Shown: positions 20,870-29,177 of the stretch, one piece after another
Position numbering within the stretch: the stretch's first letter is position 1
How the letters are laid out: every line of letters starts with the position of its first letter
Source of the DNA: an uncultured Verrucomicrobiota bacterium
GTDB taxonomy: Bacteria; Verrucomicrobiota; Verrucomicrobiia; Limisphaerales; UBA1319
Direction of reading: 5' to 3'
Assembly: GCA_964458325.1 (NCBI GenBank)
Contig: CAYWIM010000006.1
Location: forward strand, 9,370-73,369
DNA length: 64,000 nucleotides
Made by a program: the position numbers and the translations under genes
Notes under the pieces: generated by a model
The model's database searches: none
What the model saw: only the letters and a program-made list of their open reading frames with translations
Told to the model about the DNA's origin: nothing

Positions 20870-20923
20870 AGGAGAGAGTTGGTTTTATTGTTCGAGGCCA
20901 TTCGTTGGCCGAGATATCCAGGA

Positions 20924-20938
20924 GCAAGTCGCATGCCC
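20924..20938 (-). promoter_or_regulatory. sigma54 -24/-12 promoter
   Basis: Minus strand GGGCAT-GCGAC-TTGC, 55 nt upstream of ATG 20869. Confidence 0.6.
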
Positions 20939-21106
20939 GGCTCCCAAGCGATGCCGTAAACCGGCAGCTCCCGCAGCATGCGTCCCTTGCAGAAGTCCAG
21001 CGATTCCCTTGATATTTGGGGGCGAATCGCGTGTTCGAGGTCCGAAATGGAACAAGTTCAGGCCGCTTGCGTATCGAGAGGCCACTGGGCCGAAGGAGAG
21101 CCGCGC

Positions 21107-21154
21107 TGGGGATTATTTCCCACCCTTCCCAAGCGTGCTGGGGAAAATTTCCCA
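21107..21154. promoter_or_regulatory. Putative enhancer (UAS) pair between divergent sigma54 promoters
   Basis: TGGGGATTATTTCCCA (21107-21122) and TGGGGAAAATTTCCCA (21139-21154), 32 bp apart; first copy matches the 18771 site at 15/16 as reverse complement. Confidence 0.65.
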
Positions 21155-21373
21155 AAGGAACTTTCTTCGGGCCGCCCAGGGGCCGACAATGGGGTTCACC
21201 ACGAAGGGTTCGAGGAACACGAAGAGATGCGGGGCGGAATGCGGTAGGGAGGCTGGTCCTCGATCCCAGCAGCCTCCGTTGAGCCGGAGGCGTTCCTTGC
21301 GGGGGTAGGTGATCACGGCGGGCGGAAGTGCACACGAAGGAGCGCCGACGTCCTAGGCGGCTTGGCAGCCCTC

Positions 21374-21388
21374 TGGCGCGCAATTTGC
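21374..21388 (+). promoter_or_regulatory. sigma54 -24/-12 promoter
   Basis: TGGCGC-GCAAT-TTGC, 15 nt before cytochrome ATG (very short leader). Confidence 0.62.
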
Positions 21389-21403
21389 TTTAGTCTGTCC
21401 TGA

Positions 21404-23272
21404 ATGAACAATCATCCACCGCTGAGGCGATGGCCCGTCTTGATCTTGCTCGTGGCGTCGGCCCTGCTCGTCAGCGCCGACGGTTTGCCTCTGCCCTCCT
21501 ATCAGTGGCCGGATTTCGTCGGTTCGGCCAACTGTGCCGCCTGTCACACGGGCCTGCAGGACGCGGCGCGGAACGACGTGTCGATCGACACGCACTGGCG
21601 GTCGACGATGATGGCCAACAGCGCCCGGGATCCATTCTGGCAAGCCAAGGTTGCCTCCGAAGTGTCGCGCAACCCGCACCTGCAAAGCGTTATCGAGGCC
21701 AAGTGCGCCACCTGCCACATGCCTTCGGCGAGGACTCAAGCCTTGGGGTTGAGCCTGCCTGTGGCCATCTCCGGCAGCGGCTTCCTCGATCCGGCCAACG
21801 CGCTGCATTCCGTTGCGATGGACGGCGTTTCGTGCGCCATGTGCCATCAGATCGCCGACCAGGCCCTGGGCCAATCCGAATCCTTCAGCGGCGGGTACGC
21901 CGTGGACACCACGACCGCATCGCCTGACCGGCTGATCTACGGCCCGTTCCCTTCGCCATTCACGGCGCAGATGCGCAATAACATCGGGTTCACACCCGTC
22001 CAGGGAATGCATGCCACCAACTCCGCCCTGTGTGGGGTCTGCCATAACTTGTGGACGCCTTACGTGGATGCCGAGGGGATTGTGCGGGGCGAGTTCCCGG
22101 AACAGATGATCTACAGCGAGTGGGAACAGAGCCAATACCGGCGGGCGCCCAATGCACGCCAATGCCAGGATTGCCACATGCCGCCGGCCGTCGGGGGCGT
22201 GAAGCTCTCGAATCGGGGCGGCCCCGGGCTGAACATGCCCGCCCGCAGCCCCTTCGGCCAGCACTTCTTCGTGGGGGCCAACACGCTGTTGCTCGACCTG
22301 TTCACCAACCAGATCGCACCGCTGGCCCTCACTGCTTCCACAGCCCACTTCAGCGCCACCCGGCAGCGCGCCATTGCCCAGCTCGAACAGCAGACGGCCC
22401 GGCTCATGGTGGCCGAGATCGGTGTCGGTTCGAATGAGCTGGCCGTCGCTCTGGTCGTGTCGAACCTCGCCGGGCACAAGCTCCCGAGCGGCTTTCCATC
22501 CCGTCGAGCCTGGCTTCACGTCTGGATTTCGGACGGGCAGGGGGCCGTGTTTTTCGAATCCGGCCGGCCTGCCCCGGACGGATCGATCGCCGGCAACGAT
22601 GCCGACGCCCACCCCGCGCGATGCGAACCGCATCGGCAAGTCATCGATCAGCCCGGCCAGGTGCAGATCTATGAAGCGATTATGCAGGACACCGGCGCCG
22701 CCATCACCCATACCTTGCTGCGCGCGGCCAGCTACCGAAAAGACAACCGGCTGCTGCCCGCTGGATTCGACAAAACGACCGCCGGCCCCGAGATCGTCCC
22801 CACCGCGGATCCCGCCGCGGACGCCGACTTTCAAGGCGGTTCGGACCGGCTGACATACCGCGTGAAGACGGCAGGTCATCCTGGCCCGTTTGTCGTGCGC
22901 GCCGAATTGCTCTACCAAACCCTCGCCCGCGGTTTCGCCGACGATTTGTTCGGCGACACCGGCAGCGCCGCCACCTCGTTTCAGGCCATGTTCGACGCCG
23001 CAGATCGCACGCCAGTCGCCATTGCCCAGGCCGTAGCGAATGTGGATCCTGCCGCCGCCGCCCGGATCGGGTCTCCCGAGCCATTGGCGGATGGCTCGGT
23101 CCGGCTGCCCGTGTTCGCGCCGCTCTCGAGCACGAACCGTGTCGAGACGGCTGCCGACTTCACCGGCTGGGCCACGCTGGCCACGCTGGTCCAAACGAGC
23201 AATCCAAGCTTCCTCCTCGATCCCTCGAGCCGCAATGCCGCTGCCAGGTTCTATCGCCTGCGCGCCCCGTAG
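21404..23272 (+). CDS. Pentaheme cytochrome c with C-terminal FYR tail
   Basis: Signal peptide; five CxxCH motifs (CAACH, CATCH, CAMCH, CGVCH, CQDCH); tail VETAADFTGW..RFYRLRAP. Confidence 0.9.
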   Translation: MNNHPPLRRWPVLILLVASALLVSADGLPLPSYQWPDFVGSANCAACHTGLQDAARNDVSIDTHWRSTMMANSARDPFWQAKVASEVSRNPHLQSVIEAKCATCHMPSARTQALGLSLPVAISGSGFLDPANALHSVAMDGVSCAMCHQIADQALGQSESFSGGYAVDTTTASPDRLIYGPFPSPFTAQMRNNIGFTPVQGMHATNSALCGVCHNLWTPYVDAEGIVRGEFPEQMIYSEWEQSQYRRAPNARQCQDCHMPPAVGGVKLSNRGGPGLNMPARSPFGQHFFVGANTLLLDLFTNQIAPLALTASTAHFSATRQRAIAQLEQQTARLMVAEIGVGSNELAVALVVSNLAGHKLPSGFPSRRAWLHVWISDGQGAVFFESGRPAPDGSIAGNDADAHPARCEPHRQVIDQPGQVQIYEAIMQDTGAAITHTLLRAASYRKDNRLLPAGFDKTTAGPEIVPTADPAADADFQGGSDRLTYRVKTAGHPGPFVVRAELLYQTLARGFADDLFGDTGSAATSFQAMFDAADRTPVAIAQAVANVDPAAAARIGSPEPLADGSVRLPVFAPLSSTNRVETAADFTGWATLATLVQTSNPSFLLDPSSRNAAARFYRLRAP

Positions 23273-23369
23273 CCCTCCTCGGCTGCGGGCTCGCGCGCTG
23301 TCCCGGCGCGCGTCGCAGGAGCATCCGGCGGGGTGGCGCCCGCACCCGCAGGCGAGACGCCTGCGCCAC
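23269..23369. repeat. REPIN-like palindromic element
   Basis: Starts GTAG (overlaps stop codon), nested inverted arms CTGCGGG...CCCGCAG, ends GCAGGCGAGACGCCTGCGCCAC. Confidence 0.5.
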
Positions 23370-23462
23370 AAACGCCGGCAGCCGGCACTCGGCCTCCCGC
23401 CGCTCGGCAGCGGCGGCTATTGCATATCTCCATATTCTCCAACATCCTCATGGCTGGCGGAC

Positions 23463-24806
23463 ATGAGCAGCGATTTACTCGATTTCATACCCGATGGGGT
23501 GTTCACCGTGGATGCCGACTGGCACATCACGCGGTTCAACCGCGCCGCGGAGCAGATCACGGGCATTCGCCAGGAGGAAGCGATCGGGCGGCGCTGCTGC
23601 GACGTGTTCCATGCGAGCATCTGCGAGAGCGCCTGCACGTTGAGGCGGACCCTGGCGACCGGCAGGCCGGTCGTGAACCAGGTGGTGTATATCGTCGATG
23701 CCCACGGGCGGCGGATCCCCATCAGCATCTCGACCGCGGTCCTCCGCGACGCCGGGGGCAAGGTGGCGGGCGGGATTGAATGTTTCCGGGATTTGCGGAT
23801 CGTCGAGGAGCTCCACCGCCAGGCCGAGGCGCAGGATCAGTTCGCCGACATCATCGGCCGCAGCGCGGCGATGCAGCGCCTTTTCGAGCTCCTCCCGGCG
23901 ATCGCCCAGAGCGACAGCACGGTCCTGATCGAAGGGGCCAGCGGCACGGGCAAAGAGCTCTTTGCACGCGCCATCCACAACCTGTCCCGGCGCCGGGAAA
24001 AGAGGTTCGTGGCGGTCAACTGCGGCGCGCTGCCGGACACGCTGCTCGAGTCCGAGCTCTTTGGATACAAGGCCGGCGCGTTTACCGACGCCCGGCGCGA
24101 CAAGCCCGGCCGGTTCGCCCTGGCCGAAGGAGGCACTCTGTTCCTGGACGAGATCGGAGACGTCTCGCCCGCCATGCAGGTGCGCCTGCTCCGGGTCTTG
24201 CAGGAGCGATCCTACGAGCCGCTCGGGTCCGTCGAGCCGGTCCGGGCGGATGTGCGGTTCGTCGCCGCCACCCACCGATCGCTGAGCCAATGGGTGCGCG
24301 AAGGCAAGTTCCGCGAGGATCTGTTCTATCGGATCCACGTCATCCGACTGGAGCTGCCCTCCCTTCGGGATCGCCGCGAGGACATCCCCTTGCTGATCGA
24401 TCGGTTCATCGCGCTCTTCAATCGCCGCCAGGGCAAGGACATCCACGGCGTCTCCGACGATGTCTTGGCCCGGCTCATGGAACACGATTTCCCGGGCAAC
24501 GTGCGCGAACTCGAGAACATCATCGAACACGCCTTCGTGCTCTGCAAGGGCGGCTTGATCAAAATGGCTCACCTGCCCGTCCAATTACGGCCGGCAAGCG
24601 CCGCCCAGCGGGCCGATAAATCCCATCGGATGACGCTCCGCGCGATGGAGGAGATGATGATCCGAGATGCCCTCCGCCGGAGCGATGGCAGTCGTGCCAA
24701 GACAGCTCGCGAGCTGGGCATCGATCCCAGCACTCTGTTCCGAAAGATCCGGTCGATCCGATCGTCCGCGCATCCCCCCGATGCGCCCGAGTCTCCCGCC
24801 GGATAG
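23463..24806 (+). CDS. PAS-domain sigma54 activator (OrpR-like)
   Basis: PAS with RRCCDVFHASICESAC Cys cluster, GASGTGKE, ESELFGYKAGAFTDA, FPGNVREL, HTH; start trimmed to ATG 23463. Confidence 0.92.
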   Translation: MSSDLLDFIPDGVFTVDADWHITRFNRAAEQITGIRQEEAIGRRCCDVFHASICESACTLRRTLATGRPVVNQVVYIVDAHGRRIPISISTAVLRDAGGKVAGGIECFRDLRIVEELHRQAEAQDQFADIIGRSAAMQRLFELLPAIAQSDSTVLIEGASGTGKELFARAIHNLSRRREKRFVAVNCGALPDTLLESELFGYKAGAFTDARRDKPGRFALAEGGTLFLDEIGDVSPAMQVRLLRVLQERSYEPLGSVEPVRADVRFVAATHRSLSQWVREGKFREDLFYRIHVIRLELPSLRDRREDIPLLIDRFIALFNRRQGKDIHGVSDDVLARLMEHDFPGNVRELENIIEHAFVLCKGGLIKMAHLPVQLRPASAAQRADKSHRMTLRAMEEMMIRDALRRSDGSRAKTARELGIDPSTLFRKIRSIRSSAHPPDAPESPAG

Positions 24807-24863
24807 AGCTGTTGCCAGTCCAGATGGCCATGGCCAGCCCGGGAGAATCGGCCCCTTCCGGCC

Positions 24864-24989
24864 TCAGAAGAACTCCAGCGAGATCCGATGCATGATGGCG
24901 CCCGCTTGGCGATAACGATCGAAGAGGGCATTCAGCCGATCGCACAAGCCGCTTTCATCCAGTTCAGGTATGGGGTGCGTCAGCTTCAT
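24864..24989 (-). CDS. Possible 41-aa small ORF
   Basis: MKLTHPIPELDESGLCDRLNALFDRYRQAGAIMHRISLEFF with AG-rich RBS directly after the activator stop; manual translation. Confidence 0.3.
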   Translation of the reverse strand: MKLTHPIPELDESGLCDRLNALFDRYRQAGAIMHRISLEFF

Positions 24990-25004
24990 AACACTCTCTT
25001 TCCC

Positions 25005-26423
25005 TCAACCTATAGCACAGGATCCCGGGATCGCGCCGGAGGCAGGATCCGCTTGGGGGGGGCGTTTCATCCATCGCCAGATCGTGGTGCGGTCTACCCC
25101 CAGCCGCCGGGCGGCCTCGGCGCGGTTCTGGCGGCACTCCGTGAGCAGCCGTTCCAGTTCTTCGCGGGTGGGTGGCTCGACCGAGGATTTCCGTGAAATA
25201 GGCTCGAGCAGCGCGCTCTCCTTCGGATCGGACTTGCGGCACAGCTGTTCCCGGAGATGCGTCAAGCGGATCTCCACCGGGAGGTCGAACAAGCCGATCT
25301 CTGTGCCCGTGCAGGTGACAAAGGCGTGTTCGATGGCGTTTTCCAACTCCCGCACGTTGCCCGGCCAGCAGAAGTCCATCAGAATGCGGCGGACATCCGC
25401 GGACAGCGCCTGGATTGTCTTGCCGGTCTGGCGGTTGAAAATCTCCATGAAATGCTGGGCCAGCAAGAGAATATCGGTGCCGCGCTCGCGCAAGGGAGGC
25501 AGGTGGATCGGAAAGACGTTCAGGCGGTAGAACAAGTCGGCCCGAAACCGCCCCGCCTCGACCAACCCGTGCAGATCCCGGTGCGTGGCGGTGATGATCC
25601 GGACATCCGCGCGGCGGGTTTGGTTCTCTCCGAGCCGCTCGAATTCGCGGTGCTGGACGACTCGCAGCAGCTTGACTTGCATGAGCGGGCTCAAGTCGCC
25701 GATCTCGTCGAGCATCAAGGTGCCGCGATGCGCCATTTCGAATCGCCCCGGCTTGTCTTTGGCAGCGCCCGTGAATGCGCCTTTGGCGTGCCCGAACAGC
25801 TCGCTCTCGAGCAGAGTCTCCGGCAAGGCGGCGCAATTGAGTTTGACCATGGGGCCGCGGGAGCGGCGGCTCCTTTCGTGGATCTCTTCCGCCACCAGCT
25901 CCTTGCCCGTGCCGGTCTCCCCAACAATCAAAATGGTCGAGTCGGACTCGGCGGCCAGCCGGATGCGATCACGCACCTCCTCCATCGCCGCGCTCTTGCC
26001 CACCAGCTTGCCGGCCGCTGCTTTTTCCGCGGAATGCGCTTGCAGCCGCGCCAGCCGGCTCTCGAGCGCTTTCAAGGGGCGCAAGTCGCTGAAAGTCAGA
26101 ACGCTGCCCATGAGGCATCCGTCATCGCCGACGAGAGGAGAGGTTGCTTTCAAGACCGGCACGCGGCCGCCATCGCACCGTTCGATGCGGCACTCCTCCA
26201 AACGCGGGATCGTCAATGCCAGGCCGATGGGCGCCTTCGAAGAACCGTAGACGCGATGGCAGTCAGCATGGAGCAAACCAATGTCATGACCCGTGACCTC
26301 GATGGCCCGATAACCCGTGAGGATTTCCATGGCCTGATTCCATGCTTGAATGACCGAATGGCGGTCGACGACCACCAGGCCGTGCGGCAGGCTTTCGATG
26401 ATGGTCTGCCAATTCAAGTTCAT
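25005..26423 (-). CDS. PAS-domain sigma54 activator
   Basis: PAS N-terminus, GETGTGKE, ESELFGHAKGAFTGA, WPGNVREL, HTH. Confidence 0.93.
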   Translation of the reverse strand: MNLNWQTIIESLPHGLVVVDRHSVIQAWNQAMEILTGYRAIEVTGHDIGLLHADCHRVYGSSKAPIGLALTIPRLEECRIERCDGGRVPVLKATSPLVGDDGCLMGSVLTFSDLRPLKALESRLARLQAHSAEKAAAGKLVGKSAAMEEVRDRIRLAAESDSTILIVGETGTGKELVAEEIHERSRRSRGPMVKLNCAALPETLLESELFGHAKGAFTGAAKDKPGRFEMAHRGTLMLDEIGDLSPLMQVKLLRVVQHREFERLGENQTRRADVRIITATHRDLHGLVEAGRFRADLFYRLNVFPIHLPPLRERGTDILLLAQHFMEIFNRQTGKTIQALSADVRRILMDFCWPGNVRELENAIEHAFVTCTGTEIGLFDLPVEIRLTHLREQLCRKSDPKESALLEPISRKSSVEPPTREELERLLTECRQNRAEAARRLGVDRTTIWRWMKRPPQADPASGAIPGSCAIG

Positions 26424-26511
26424 CGATCGCCATCAAGCCTACACGGAGATCCGGCGTTCGTCGAGTGGGCCGGGCTTGCTGTTTCCAGCCTGCGCGAAGG
26501 CAGATAACCGC

Positions 26512-26546
26512 GCGTTGCAGGCAACGCTGCATGCAACGGTGCAACC
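26512..26546. promoter_or_regulatory. TGCA/GCAAC-rich putative enhancer
   Basis: GCGTTGC-AG-GCAACGC inverted repeat followed by TGCATGCAAC and TGCAACC, about 140-170 bp upstream of sigma54 site. Confidence 0.4.
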
Positions 26547-26682
26547 GGGCAGAGCGCCGTGAACCCTCGAGCGCACAACCGGGCAGACAGGTTGCGCGCT
26601 CCTGTTTTCGGCAGGCATTTTCCACGATAATCGACGTATTTCACTCTCTCCGCCAACCGCGCCCCCGATGTGATCCCAAGGT

Positions 26683-26697
26683 TGGCATGGCACTTGC
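26683..26697 (+). promoter_or_regulatory. sigma54 -24/-12 promoter of trx-hdr operon
   Basis: TGGCAT-GGCAC-TTGC, 14 nt before ATG 26712. Confidence 0.78.
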
Positions 26698-26711
26698 CTA
26701 TCGAGATTGCG

Positions 26712-27092
26712 ATGAACCGAAGCAGTGAGTCAGAAACCCTTCACGTGGTTGAACTCGGCCCCGCGGAGTTGGATGCCTTCATCCGGGTTGGTGTTGTGCT
26801 GGTCGATTTCTGGGCGCCGTGGTGCGGCCCATGTCGCATGCAGGCGCCGGTGCTCGAGCAGGCAGCGATCGCCCTGGCGCAACGGGCCCGGGTGGGCAAG
26901 GTCAATGTGGACGAGCATCCCCAGATCGCCCAGCGGTATCGGATCGCCGGGATTCCTACCTTGCTGCTTTTCAAGGAGGGCCGCCTGGTTCGCCAGCTTG
27001 TCGGGGTCCAATCTGCCTCCGTTCTGATCTCCGCTCTCGAATCCCTGGTCGAGTCAACGCCGAATGAGTCAGTCAACCCATCCCAACCATGA
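26712..27092 (+). CDS. trxA: Thioredoxin
   Basis: [20 protein letters not shown] motifs. Confidence 0.93.
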   Translation: MNRSSESETLHVVELGPAELDAFIRVGVVLVDFWAPWCGPCRMQAPVLEQAAIALAQRARVGKVNVDEHPQIAQRYRIAGIPTLLLFKEGRLVRQLVGVQSASVLISALESLVESTPNESVNPSQP

Positions 27093-27340
27093 CACAGAAC
27101 CTGAACGAACTCGTGGCCGCCAAGATCGCCGATGCGCGCGGCAGCGCCTGCCCGGGGCCGCTCCTGGAAGCCAAGAAAGCCATCGGCGGCGTGCCGGTGG
27201 GGCAAATCGTGGAAGTGCAATCCAACGATCCCGGCTCGCGCAACGATCTTCCGGCCTGGGCCCAGCGGGTTGGCCACGAATATCTCGGCTGCCTGGAGGC
27301 GGACGGATACGACCGCCATTTTGTGCGCCGCAAGAAGTGA
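27089..27340 (+). CDS. tusA: TusA/SirA-family sulfurtransferase
   Basis: 83 aa, [10 protein letters not shown] motif, NDPGS. Confidence 0.92.
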   Translation: MTQNLNELVAAKIADARGSACPGPLLEAKKAIGGVPVGQIVEVQSNDPGSRNDLPAWAQRVGHEYLGCLEADGYDRHFVRRKK

Positions 27341-27352
27341 TCGAGTGATGGG

Positions 27353-27832
27353 ATGAGTTCCGGCTATCAGCCCAAGATCGTGGTCCTGGCCACGGTGGCA
27401 TGCGCTTATCCCGGCGCAGACGCCGTGGGCAAAGCCCACCTCGAATACCCGGCCAACATCAGCATCCTCCGCGTACCTTCGCCCGTGCTCTTCCCTGAGG
27501 ATTTCTATCTGCGGGCGTTTGCCAAGGGCGTCGACGGCATCCTGGTGGCGTCCTGCGGCACGGATTGTCCTTACGAAGGCGTTTACCAGAAGCTATCGCG
27601 CCGGATCGACCGGCTCATCCGGCGCATGAAGGCGGGCGGCCTGGAGATCGAGCGGCTGCGCCTGACGGCCATCTGCACGGTTTGCATCAAGGCATTTCTT
27701 AAGGAGGTCAACCAGATGAACGATAAGCTGGGCGCCTTGGGCCCGGTCAATGCCCAGACAGCCGCTGCGTTGTGGAGGCAATCGGTGGAGGATCTGCGCG
27801 CCACCGGCGGATTGCCCGCGCCAATGGCATAG
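27353..27832 (+). CDS. mvhD: MvhD-like hydrogenase iron-sulfur subunit (variant Cys pattern)
   Basis: CAYPGAD, YPANISILRV, DGILVASC..DCPY, ERLRL. Confidence 0.87.
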   Translation: MSSGYQPKIVVLATVACAYPGADAVGKAHLEYPANISILRVPSPVLFPEDFYLRAFAKGVDGILVASCGTDCPYEGVYQKLSRRIDRLIRRMKAGGLEIERLRLTAICTVCIKAFLKEVNQMNDKLGALGPVNAQTAAALWRQSVEDLRATGGLPAPMA

Positions 27833-27836
27833 CCGT

Positions 27837-29177
27837 ATGGACGATCCGCGCCCAGCTCTTATGCCGGTGGACGTTGTGGTGGTCGGCGGCGGCATCGCGG
27901 GTCTCCAGGCCGCGCTGGACCTGGCCGATCAGGATTATCGGGTGCTGGTGGTCGAGCGGCAGCCCAGCATCGGGGGCAAGATGATTGCCCTGAGCAAGAC
28001 ATTCCCGACGCTCGATTGCTCGAGCTGCATCGCCACGCCGAAGATGTCCGCCGCGTTTCATCACCCTCGCATCGAGATTCGAACCTCGACCGAGGTGGAG
28101 CGGATCGAATCGCGCGACGGTTCGCGCCGGGTGCACCTCTGCAAGAAGCCGACCTGCGTGGTGGACTCGCTATGCATCGGCTGCCGGCTGTGCGAGTACG
28201 CCTGCCCGGTCGAGTATCCGGATCCGTTCGAGGAAGGTCTGGGCGCCCAGCGGGCCATCGCCGTCCCGTTCACCAACGCGCTGCCCCAAAAGGCGGTGCT
28301 GGATCCCGCTCATTGCATCGCCTGCGGCGCCTGCATCAAGGCATGCCCGACCGATGCCATTCGGTTCGATCAGCAGGAGGAGCGCGTCGTGATCGAGGCT
28401 GGGGCCGTGGTGCTGGCCACGGGCTTCGAACTGAATCCCCTCGAGCTCAAGCCCGAGTACGGCGCTGCCAAATCCCGGAACATCCTCTCGCCCATGCAGC
28501 TCGAACGCTTGCTCGCGCCGCACGGACCCTACGGGAGAGTGTTGCGGCCTTCGGATGGCAAGGTGCCCGGCAACGTGGCCTTTGTCCTCTGTGCCGGCTC
28601 GCGCGACGAAAGCATCGGGGTGCCCTACTGCTCGCGCATTTGCTGCATGTATTCCATCAAGGAGGCCATGCTGCTCTCCGGCGCCCTGCCCATCGCCGAC
28701 ATCACGATCTATTACATGGACATCCGGGCGTTTGGCAAAGGGCACGAGCAATTCTATCAGAACGCCCAAGCGATGGGCATCGGCTTCATCAAAGGCAAAG
28801 TGGCCCGGATCGACCTGGCGGACCAGGATGACCTTTCCCTGCGCGTCGAGATGGAGGAGGAGGGCGGCCGGGTCGAAGAGCGCCGGCACGACTTGGTCAT
28901 TCTGGCCCAAGGCGCCATCCCCATCCTCAACCCCGCCCCCGGATTAGGGGTGCCTACCGCCCCCGACGGGTTCCTCCACCAACCCGACGTGGCGCGCGTC
29001 ACGCGCACCGCCCTCGAGGGCGTGTTCGCCGCCGGAGCGGCCCTCGGTCCCAAGGATATCGTGGACAGCATCGTCGAGGCCGGCGCCGCAGCCATGGAGG
29101 CCGCACGGTTCCTCGCGGCGCGTCCCCCAGCGGGCTCGAGCAAACCGGGCCCCGAATCTCGGCTTGTCCCAGCATGA
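27837..29177 (+). CDS. hdrA: HdrA-like flavoprotein 1 (FAD domain plus inserted 2x[4Fe-4S] ferredoxin)
   Basis: VVVGGGIAG, KTFPTLDCSSC, CIGCRLCEYACP, CIACGACIKACP, CAGSR..CSRICCMYSIK, MDIRAFGK. Confidence 0.92.
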   Translation: MDDPRPALMPVDVVVVGGGIAGLQAALDLADQDYRVLVVERQPSIGGKMIALSKTFPTLDCSSCIATPKMSAAFHHPRIEIRTSTEVERIESRDGSRRVHLCKKPTCVVDSLCIGCRLCEYACPVEYPDPFEEGLGAQRAIAVPFTNALPQKAVLDPAHCIACGACIKACPTDAIRFDQQEERVVIEAGAVVLATGFELNPLELKPEYGAAKSRNILSPMQLERLLAPHGPYGRVLRPSDGKVPGNVAFVLCAGSRDESIGVPYCSRICCMYSIKEAMLLSGALPIADITIYYMDIRAFGKGHEQFYQNAQAMGIGFIKGKVARIDLADQDDLSLRVEMEEEGGRVEERRHDLVILAQGAIPILNPAPGLGVPTAPDGFLHQPDVARVTRTALEGVFAAGAALGPKDIVDSIVEAGAAAMEAARFLAARPPAGSSKPGPESRLVPA

